A stretch of DNA of 64,000 bases from a bacterium. Lineage in GTDB: Bacteria; Patescibacteriota; Minisyncoccia; UBA6257; GWB1-50-10. Shown one piece after another: positions 57,429-64,000 of this stretch. Made by a program: the position numbers and the translations under genes. Positions within the stretch are counted from its first letter, which is position 1. Each line of letters starts with the position of its first letter. The stretch spans positions 216,369 through 280,368 of the forward strand of contig JAKAIX010000001.1 of the NCBI GenBank assembly GCA_021814165.1, written 5' to 3'. The notes under the pieces were generated by a model that had not been told where the DNA came from, did not search any database, and saw nothing but the letters and a program-made list of their open reading frames with translations.

Positions 57429-57761
57429 TTATTTTTCCTCTCCTTCCTTTTCTTCTCCTCCCGTAAGCGGCGTTTTCGCCTCCTTCATTCCGTTCTTCTT
57501 GAAACGATCGAGCTTTTTCGTAATTACGTTATCGAGTTTTAAGAGCCACACGCGGGAACGGCGCAGGAGTTTCTCGAAAGAAGACTTAAGGAATTCATCC
57601 GTCTTCTCAAGATATTCCATAAGGCGACTGTGACGCATATGATCCGCGCTTTCCTCGTCGCTCACTCTTGGAAGCGCTTTCGCCATTACATAAAGCATCC
57701 CTCCGAAGGAAAGTATGATAAGCGTCTGAATGATAAAACGGAGCATAGAAGTAATTTTCAA
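57429..57761 (-). CDS. hypothetical small membrane protein (110 aa)
   Basis: One N-terminal TM helix and a charged helical tail. TTG start per the ORF track, abutting MITE copy D. Confidence 0.4.
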   Translation of the reverse strand: MKITSMLRFIIQTLIILSFGGMLYVMAKALPRVSDEESADHMRHSRLMEYLEKTDEFLKSSFEKLLRRSRVWLLKLDNVITKKLDRFKKNGMKEAKTPLTGGEEKEGEEK

Positions 57762-57848
57762 TTATCAATTTCCAGTGAATTTTCCAATTTCAAAATTTTC
57801 GAATTGAAAATGTATTGAAAATTGATCATTGGAAATTGGAAATTCCCG
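57762..57848. repeat. AT-rich MITE-like element, copy D
   Basis: AATTTTCAATTATCAATTTCCAGT...TTGATCATTGGAAATTGGAAATTCC. Lies between the tsf stop and the hypothetical gene start. Confidence 0.6.
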
Positions 57849-58289
57849 TTAAATTTCGTATCTCGTGAACCGTTCCACCTTGATGCGTTCTCCCACCTTT
57901 GCGGTTACGCTCTTAATGAGGTCCGCAATATTCGTCGAAGGATCCTTGATGTATTCCTGCGTAAGGAGCATCTCAACGGTTTCCGGTTCCATTGCCGCGA
58001 TTTGCATCGCAAGTTCGTGCGCGAGCGCGCGAAACGGATCGGATTTTACGACAAAGTCGGTCTCGGCGCGCAGTTCGAGAAGCACCCCCACGCGGTTGTT
58101 ATGAATATAAGAATAGAGGAAGCCGGCTCCCGTTGCCCGTTCTTGTTTCGATTCCGCTTTTACGAGCCCCCGCTCGTAGATAATCGTCTTCGCTTTCTCA
58201 ATGTCACCGTCCGCTTCTTCGAGCGCGCGCTTGCACTCCATTACCCCGGCACCGGTGATTTCCCTCAGGGTTACGATGTCGTTTTTCAT
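57849..58289 (-). CDS. tsf: elongation factor Ts (short form)
   Basis: LREITGAGVMECKRALEEADGDIEKA UBA-like N-terminus, then the dimerisation core. Start set at MKNDIV. Confidence 0.85.
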   Translation of the reverse strand: MKNDIVTLREITGAGVMECKRALEEADGDIEKAKTIIYERGLVKAESKQERATGAGFLYSYIHNNRVGVLLELRAETDFVVKSDPFRALAHELAMQIAAMEPETVEMLLTQEYIKDPSTNIADLIKSVTAKVGERIKVERFTRYEI

Positions 58290-58975
58290 GCTTCCTCTAT
58301 TTTCTTCTTTAATGCCTCGATCACCCACTCGATGCTTGCTTTTGTGTGGTCGTTCGCGAAGATCGGATATTCCACTCCCAACGGATCATCGTTCGTATCG
58401 ATGAGCGCCACTACCGGAATGTGCATGCGCTGCGCTTCTCTCACGGCCGTTGCATGCTCTTCGATATCGATTATGAAAAGTGCGTCGGGCAGGCGGGTCA
58501 ACGGCTGCAGTCCGTTGAAAATGCGCGATAATTTGCTTACTTCTTTCGCAAAATCAAGCTGTTCCTTTTTCGTATATTTCGAGAGTTCCCCTTTCTCATG
58601 CTTTGCTTTCAGGTCCTGATAGTATACCGAACGCTGGTTCAATATTTTGAAGTTGGTGAGAATACCGCCGAGCCAGCGGAACGTCACGAAGGGCGCCTTG
58701 AATGCGTCTGCAAAGGATTGGATGGATGTTTTCGCGGCGGGACGCGTACCCACAAACAAGATAAGGCCGTTTCCTTTCACGATCTGTTTCAGGAATTCAG
58801 CGGCGATATTCAAGCTCTTCTCCGTAACTTCCGGATCAAGAAGCTCGATTTCGTTTCTCCGTCCTCCTATGTACGGTTTCATCCGCGGATGCGTTTTCGT
58901 CTTTTTGTGGCCGAAAAGCACCCCGGCTTTCACCATCTCGAGAACGGCATCCGTATTATGTGTATCTGAAGACAT
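58286..58975 (-). CDS. rpsB: 30S ribosomal protein S2
   Basis: MVKAGVLFGHKKTKTHPRMKPYIGG...TFRWLGGILTNF is canonical S2. Confidence 0.9.
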   Translation of the reverse strand: MSSDTHNTDAVLEMVKAGVLFGHKKTKTHPRMKPYIGGRRNEIELLDPEVTEKSLNIAAEFLKQIVKGNGLILFVGTRPAAKTSIQSFADAFKAPFVTFRWLGGILTNFKILNQRSVYYQDLKAKHEKGELSKYTKKEQLDFAKEVSKLSRIFNGLQPLTRLPDALFIIDIEEHATAVREAQRMHIPVVALIDTNDDPLGVEYPIFANDHTKASIEWVIEALKKKIEEA

Positions 58976-59025
58976 GGTTTTTGAACGTTCCTATAGTAAC
59001 GAAGAGTCGGGGAAATGTCAAAATT

Positions 59026-59715
59026 TTACTTTCCCTCTTTTGCTCTCCATTCTTCGATCTTCCTATGATTCCCCGAAAGAAGCACCTTCGGAACCGCATA
59101 TTTTTTCTTGTTGTATACCAACACCTCGGGCCTCGTGTAGTGCGGATATTCCAAACCCTTCCCTTCCGGAACATTTTTTTCTTTCTTTAAAAGGAGGTTC
59201 CAGTGCGATTCTTCCTTCAACGACTCAAAATTGATGGCGCCCGGCACGAGACGGCCCACCGCGGAGATTACCGCCATCGCCGCGACATCTCCGTCGGTTA
59301 AAACATAATGGCCTATGGAAACTTCTTCCGCGCGGAGCGCTTGTTTTACCCGTTCGTCGATTCCCTCATAACGTCCGGAGATAATAATGATGTCCTCGTA
59401 CTTCTTCGACCAGTCATACGCCGTTCTCTGATTGAATTCTTTTCCCTTTGCCGAAAAGAGGATAACCTTCGTCTTCTTCTTGTTTTTTATCTTTATCGAG
59501 CGGAACGCCTTGAGAATAGGTTCACCCATAAGCACCATTCCCGCCCCTCCCCCGAAAGGCCTGTCATCAACTTTTTTGTGTCTCCCCTCTCCGAACTGCC
59601 GCAGATTGATGAGATCGAACTTAAGCACCTTGTTTCTTTCCGCTTTTCCGAGAATCGAGGCATGAAGATACGGTTCCAATATCTCTGGGAAAAGCGTGAT
59701 AATATGAAATGTCAT
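59026..59715 (-). CDS. trmD: tRNA (guanine37-N1)-methyltransferase
   Basis: FHIITLFPEIL N-terminus and SAM-binding SPOUT knot motifs (IISGRYEGIDERV, LTDGDVAAMAVI). Confidence 0.9.
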   Translation of the reverse strand: MTFHIITLFPEILEPYLHASILGKAERNKVLKFDLINLRQFGEGRHKKVDDRPFGGGAGMVLMGEPILKAFRSIKIKNKKKTKVILFSAKGKEFNQRTAYDWSKKYEDIIIISGRYEGIDERVKQALRAEEVSIGHYVLTDGDVAAMAVISAVGRLVPGAINFESLKEESHWNLLLKKEKNVPEGKGLEYPHYTRPEVLVYNKKKYAVPKVLLSGNHRKIEEWRAKEGK

Positions 59716-60199
59716 AGCTTTTTGATTATAACACTTATAGGGCTTTTCTCTTCAACAGGGAATACCTTCACCCTCTCATCGGCAGAATGCTCCGCTCGAA
59801 TGTCTTCTCCTCGCTCATTCTCAGAAACCAGAAAATCGCACCAACTCGACCTTACGGGACTCGGACAGGGTGTGATTTTCGGTTTCTTTCGTTTTCGCTC
59901 GGGAAGACATGGATTTCTCGCTCCGCAATGCCTCTTCGAGAGTGAAGATATTCCCCATATGTCCTTGCCAAAAGACTGGAAAGAGAAAGAGTATTGTTCT
60001 TGAGCGAATACTACCGGAGCGTGTCATAAAATAATCGAGCGAGCCGCGTCGCCGAGGCAGGCCCCTCGCCGAAAGGCGTGCAGGGTGGCGAGGAGCGTGT
60101 GAGCGAGAATTATTTTGACACGCGGAGGTTCTATGAGCGAGAGAATAATACTCTTTCTCGCTCCTCAAAAATCGTTCAAGAGACACAGGGAAATAAAAA

Positions 60200-60240
60200 G
60201 AAAACCGGACTCTAAAAGTCCGGTTTTCTTTTTGATAACG
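60200..60240. terminator. bidirectional hairpin terminator AAAAGAAAACCGGACT-CTAAA-AGTCCGGTTTTCTTTTTG
   Basis: Perfect 11-bp stem with A/T runs on both sides, just downstream of the KH-protein gene. Confidence 0.55.
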
Positions 60241-60246
60241 AAGAAA

Positions 60247-60531
60247 TTATTGAGAATCTCTCTCCGGGCGGCGTGCGGCACCTTCCGGCTCTTCGATCTT
60301 CAAGTTCACTCGAGCATTGTTCTTGATACCCACGATGCGGAGAAGAGAGCGGATCGCTTTCGCCGTAGAACCCTGGCGGCCGACGATCTGGCCCATATCC
60401 TGCGCGTTCACCTTGAGTGACAAGAGCACCCCCATCTCATCGACGCGCCGATCGATGACTACGTCATCCGGATGATCGACGATCGATTTCACGAGGAACT
60501 CGAGGAAATCCTTGTCAGATGTTGCTTGCAT
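60247..60531 (-). CDS. KH-domain RNA-binding protein (YlqC/UPF0109-like)
   Basis: VIDRRVDEMGVLLSLKVNAQDMGQIVGRQGSTAKAIRSLL is a KH fold with GxxG. Conserved position after rpsP. Confidence 0.75.
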   Translation of the reverse strand: MQATSDKDFLEFLVKSIVDHPDDVVIDRRVDEMGVLLSLKVNAQDMGQIVGRQGSTAKAIRSLLRIVGIKNNARVNLKIEEPEGAARRPERDSQ

Positions 60532-60675
60532 AGAAGTTTTGCAATCTGTGCTTGAATTTCACGATACCGACCTTTCTTTCGTTTCTCCCATTCGGGATTA
60601 TACTTTCCAATGATAACAGATTTATAAGAAAAAGTCAACCCCTCGCATAAATACTTATGCGATGAATAAATTTCC

Positions 60676-61041
60676 TTACGTCTCGGGCGTTCCTTCTTTC
60701 TTTTCTTCTTCCTTCGGTGCGGAAGGTTCCGTCGCCTGAACCGCGGGAGCCGTTTGAGCCGTCTCCGGTTGTTTTTTCGATTTCTTGTGCACGGGAACTT
60801 TTGCTTCCTTCAATATCCCCTCTTTCACGAGAAGATTGTGCACCGTAGCGGTCGGCTTCGCACCTACTTTAATCCAGTAAAGAATGCGATCTTTTTCCAG
60901 ATTATTTTTCTTGTTTTTCGGATCAAGCCATCCCAAGTCCTCGGTCGAGCGGCCGCCCAACTTCGAGCGTCTCTCGGCCACCACTATTCTGAAGGATGCC
61001 TGGTGTTTTTTCCCCGTTCTTTTGAGCTTTATTGCTAGCAT
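60676..61041 (-). CDS. rpsP: 30S ribosomal protein S16
   Basis: MLAIKLKRTGKKHQASFRIVVAERRSKLGGRSTEDLGWLDP is canonical S16. Lys-rich C-terminal extension. Start set at MLAIKL. Confidence 0.85.
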   Translation of the reverse strand: MLAIKLKRTGKKHQASFRIVVAERRSKLGGRSTEDLGWLDPKNKKNNLEKDRILYWIKVGAKPTATVHNLLVKEGILKEAKVPVHKKSKKQPETAQTAPAVQATEPSAPKEEEKKEGTPET

Positions 61042-61179
61042 GGATACGTGGGAAAGTATTGCATAGAGCGCAATTTTAGTCAAACAAATTGACAGGAATC
61101 ATGGTTGTATTACTTTATAGTATATTCATTAAGCAACTTAACTTTCTAATAATAAATGCCCTCGGGCAAGGGAGGAAAG

Positions 61180-61551
61180 ATGTCGGGTATTAAGATACTA
61201 CTTGCGGAGGATTACAAAGGTTCTCAGATAATAACCATGAGGTTATTAAAGCAGAATGGCTTTGAAGAAGTTGAGATCGCTGAAAACGGCGAAGAAGCGA
61301 TCAAACTTGCAAAAGAAAAGAAGTTTGACTTAATACTGATGGATACACAGATGCCGATTATGAGCGGTCTCGAGGCAATAGAAAAAATCCGTCTGATGCG
61401 GAGATACAGACGGATACCGATAATCGCTCTGTCGGCCTTTGCAACGAAAGGTGATAGAAGACAATGCGCCGAGATTGGTGCTACGGATCTCGTTGCAAAA
61501 CCGATAAATGCCAAGGAGCTCATCGAAAAAATGATGCGCTATACGAACTAA
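61180..61551 (+). CDS. single-domain response regulator (CheY-like receiver)
   Basis: KILLAEDYK...DLILMDTQMPIMSGLEAIEKIR...IPIIALSAFATKGD. No output domain. Confidence 0.8.
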   Translation: MSGIKILLAEDYKGSQIITMRLLKQNGFEEVEIAENGEEAIKLAKEKKFDLILMDTQMPIMSGLEAIEKIRLMRRYRRIPIIALSAFATKGDRRQCAEIGATDLVAKPINAKELIEKMMRYTN

Positions 61552-61653
61552 TTTTTACGAACGCGGACTACCAAGCCCGCGTTCACTATTTTCATAGGAG
61601 GCCCCAAAATAATCGGGCCTTGAAGAAAATTGCTCCTCAAGACCCAATACTTA

Positions 61654-62001
61654 CTAGATAAACTCTTCCAGCTCATAGAACCGGAGAAGAGATATAAGGG
61701 GTTTTACCAGCGAAGGGTAAGAATATGATAAAGTTCTTACATCATTTGCCCTTCCTCCCAAAACCTTTTTCCTGCTTCTAACTTCTTCCGGATAAGCACT
61801 GAAATATCTTTTAAACTCCTCCCTTTGATCAAAAAGAAAGATCAAAGAAAGAGACATTACAGCGATAACAGAGAAAAAAATTAAAAAACCGAACTCAGAT
61901 TCCATTACTCTCGAAATAACTCCTGATTTCCACAAAGACAGGATGGTAATGAAAATCACTGTCGTGGTTACAAAAACGATTCTTACAAATTTGTAGTTCA
62001 T
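61654..62001 (-). CDS. hypothetical small membrane protein (C-terminal 115 codons of a longer, mostly spurious ORF)
   Basis: Two clear TM helices (IVFVTTTVIFITILSL, FGFLIFFSVIAVMSLSLIFLF). The upstream part of the 277-codon ORF is AT-rich, low-complexity and contains the smc terminator. Confidence 0.3.
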   Translation of the reverse strand: MNYKFVRIVFVTTTVIFITILSLWKSGVISRVMESEFGFLIFFSVIAVMSLSLIFLFDQREEFKRYFSAYPEEVRSRKKVLGGRANDVRTLSYSYPSLVKPLISLLRFYELEEFI

Positions 62002-62177
62002 ACCAACCCCTTCTTCTGATGACAAAATAGCTATTTGCATATAATACAATATATTGTAATAAAAATCAAGCCATATAGTACGGGGGCATGCACTAATAAG
62101 ATTGGGGTGTCTTTCATCTCTTTGATAAACCAATAATCTTAATGGACAAGGTTTACCAAACACGCTGAATGACTTAG

Positions 62178-62225
62178 ATGCAAAACAAAAGAAGCCGAGC
62201 TTTTTCACGAGAGTTCGGCTTCTAC
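62178..62225 (-). terminator. rho-independent terminator downstream of smc
   Basis: GAAGCCGAG...CTCGGCTTC hairpin followed on the minus strand by TTTTGTTTT. Confidence 0.5.
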
Positions 62226-62490
62226 CTATCCAAACAACTACACCCAAGCAGGGTTCTTTGATATTCTCGAGATATGAAAGGAGGTTTCTTTTTCTCTTGA
62301 GTAAGCATAACGAAGAGAAGCGACAAATATACGAGCGAAGACGAAGAAAATGAGGGAATCGCGTACTGTACGAATCCCGAAGCGAAGCGGAGGTTGAGTT
62401 GCGCGAACCCTCAATTTCCGAGGATGAGCGAGCAATATTTGTCTGAACGGAGTTTTTTGCGACGAAAGAGAGAAAAAAACCTTCCAACTT

Positions 62491-64000
62491 CTACCCCTCG
62501 AGTTTCATCGAAAGCACCTTCGACACGCCGTCATCCCCCATCGTGATTCCGTAGAGCACGTCTGCCGCCTCCATCGTCGCGCGATTATGCGTAACGATAA
62601 TAAACTGCGTTTTCTCCGAGAAGTTTTTGATAAGCTCGGCAAACCGGCGCGCATTCTCCTCATCGAGCGCCGCGTCAATTTCATCCAACACGAGGAACGG
62701 CGGCGGTGACACTGCAATCATCGCGAAAAGTGCCGCCAAAGAGACCAGTGTTTTTTCTCCTCCCGAAAGCATCTCAAGATTCGTGATGCGCTTTTTGGGA
62801 ACCGTCACATGAATCTCAACCCCCGCTTCGAGCTCGCGGGGCGGTTCTTTTACTTCCTCAGCTTTCTCCTGCGGCGCTTCGGCTGCTTGCTCTCCCTCCA
62901 AAATCGGCGCCGTCTGCTTCTTCGTGACAAGCGAGAGATGGGCGCTCCCTCCCGCGAACATGAGACGGAAATAGGTATTAAACTCCGTACTTATCGAATG
63001 AAACGCTTTTTTGAAATCCTCGTGGATCCGATGATCCAGATCATTAATCAGCTCTTTCAGGTCTTTCGATGCTTTTTCCAAATCCTCAAGCTGCGAAGAA
63101 AGAAATGAAAATCTCGCTTCACTCTCCTCCGCTTCTTTCATAAGGTTTTCGTCGATTTCCCCGATTGCCGAGAGTTCGCCACGGAGCCGCACCATTTTCC
63201 GTTCCGCACCGGAAAATCCTTCCTGTTCCTCAATCCGTTCCGCGGGAGATGTAAGTTTCTTAAGGTCTTCGCGTGCATATCCCAATGACATCCATTCGCG
63301 CTCCAATTCCTCCCGTTGCAGTTCGACTCTCTCCTTTTCGAGAAGCGCGCGTTGCAGCTCTTGTTCCAGCGTATGCAACTCGTTCTTTTTCTTGTTCACC
63401 TCCTCGACGCGTTCGCGGAAGAGCTTGTTCTTTTCCTCCTCTTCCCGCGCGAGCGTTTCTTCTTCTCCCTGAAACGTATGTATCTTCTTTTCAATCGCCT
63501 CGAGCTCGCGCTTTATTTTTTCCTTCTCTTCTTCAAGCGCCCGCGGCGCGGAAATCTTCTCTCCGCCGAAGAATTTATGCAACCGATCTTTCCACCGTTC
63601 GAGGGAAAGTTTTATCGCGTGAATGTCGGAAAGCGAGATGAGATATTCGATGTCGTGCGCCACTTCTTTTAAGAGCGTTTGAAATTCGCGTGTCTCGTGC
63701 GTCTGTTCCGGCGTCTTCGATTCATACTCGATCCTCGCCTCAATGCGTGCAAGGCTGCGTTGAAGCGCCGATGACTCGGTAACGAGCGAGTTGATGGAGC
63801 CGCGGATTTCTTTCGCTTTTTCATAACCGCCCTGGCTTTCGTGCATCCGCTTTAATTCGTGCTCCTGCCGTTCCACCGTTTCCTCGATTCCATGAATGCG
63901 CTTTTTGAGATCCAAAAGCGGCGCCTCCTCGGTTGTAGTGCGCGTCTGGAGCGCATGAAAACGCTCGTAGAAATAGGCATGTTCGAGCGTTTTGAGCTCT
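62491..64000 (-). CDS. smc: chromosome segregation protein SMC, C-terminal portion (5' end outside the window)
   Basis: Long coiled-coil, then the signature LSGGEKTLVSLAALFAM and Walker B FLVLDEIDAALD, ending ...VLSMKLEG*. The frame stays open to the window edge. Confidence 0.85.
   Translation of the reverse strand, partial: ELKTLEHAYFYERFHALQTRTTTEEAPLLDLKKRIHGIEETVERQEHELKRMHESQGGYEKAKEIRGSINSLVTESSALQRSLARIEARIEYESKTPEQTHETREFQTLLKEVAHDIEYLISLSDIHAIKLSLERWKDRLHKFFGGEKISAPRALEEEKEKIKRELEAIEKKIHTFQGEEETLAREEEEKNKLFRERVEEVNKKKNELHTLEQELQRALLEKERVELQREELEREWMSLGYAREDLKKLTSPAERIEEQEGFSGAERKMVRLRGELSAIGEIDENLMKEAEESEARFSFLSSQLEDLEKASKDLKELINDLDHRIHEDFKKAFHSISTEFNTYFRLMFAGGSAHLSLVTKKQTAPILEGEQAAEAPQEKAEEVKEPPRELEAGVEIHVTVPKKRITNLEMLSGGEKTLVSLAALFAMIAVSPPPFLVLDEIDAALDEENARRFAELIKNFSEKTQFIIVTHNRATMEAADVLYGITMGDDGVSKVLSMKLEG

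Noticed and set aside
30745-57848. AT-rich repeated segments as a possible CRISPR array
   Set aside because: The copies are tens of kb apart, each is a single ~100-bp palindromic unit without repeat-spacer periodicity, and no cas genes are present.
59821-60186. 121-codon ORF in the trmD-KH gap (candidate rimM)
   Set aside because: The translation is Arg/Ser-rich with no RimM PRC-barrel or GxxG motifs. The interval is dominated by inverted repeats, so it is treated as non-coding structured DNA.
61654-62487. Full 277-codon ORF downstream of smc
   Set aside because: The upstream two thirds are AT-rich and low-complexity, and contain the smc terminator hairpin. Only the C-terminal ~115 codons with two TM helices look gene-like.

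Overview
This 64 kb window is gene-dense (about 85% coding) and looks like a core chromosomal region of a small-genome bacterium. By inference it is a CPR/Parcubacteria-like organism: short housekeeping genes, weak Shine-Dalgarno sites, DUF5666 proteins beside MacAB-type pumps, type IV pilin-like proteins, free-standing LAGLIDADG proteins and rearranged ribosomal operons. I did not find rRNA, CRISPR arrays or obvious prophage.

Readable content, in order:
- Two MacB-type ABC modules, one under an ECF sigma/anti-sigma pair with a HlyD-like adaptor and two DUF5666 proteins.
- A histidine kinase followed by two single-domain response regulators.
- A single 860-codon ORF that fuses glucose-6-phosphate dehydrogenase to a 6-phosphogluconate dehydrogenase-like domain.
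- An NRAMP transporter, obg, dus, ftsEX, rnhB, dnaE, thrS, miaA, rpmF, nusB, secE-nusG-rplK, tsaC, a PAP2 phosphatase, rpoB-rpoC-rpsF-ssb-rpsR, mltG, a SEDS (FtsW/RodA) protein, tpiA, galT, GT2/GtrA/GT39 glycosylation genes, tsf-rpsB, trmD and rpsP-KH, and the 3' part of smc.
- RNA genes: tRNA-Thr(CGT), an RNase P RNA with its own -35/-10 promoter and terminator, and tRNA-Tyr(GTA).

Most unusual observations:
1. An RF2 (prfB) homolog that lacks the whole N-terminal domain 1 and the frameshift site, starting 18 nt from tRNA-Thr.
2. A family of four ~100 bp AT-rich elements with terminal inverted repeats (MITE-like), two of which bracket a GtrA plus TraG/VirD4-like membrane ATPase segment.
3. 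A LAGLIDADG endonuclease-like gene overlapping the 5' end of tRNA-Tyr.
4. A 56-nt conserved core that occurs twice with different but complementary flanking stems, suggesting a structured RNA.
5. Recurrent GC-rich twin-hairpin terminators (GGAGGCCCGGCCTCC) and an 18-bp perfect palindrome found three times, twice inside coding sequence.
6. A type IV pilin-like protein carrying a LamG lectin domain.
7. A ~530 bp structured non-coding gap where rimM would be expected.

Coordinates of RNA genes, repeats and terminators were hand-indexed and may be off by 1-2 nt.
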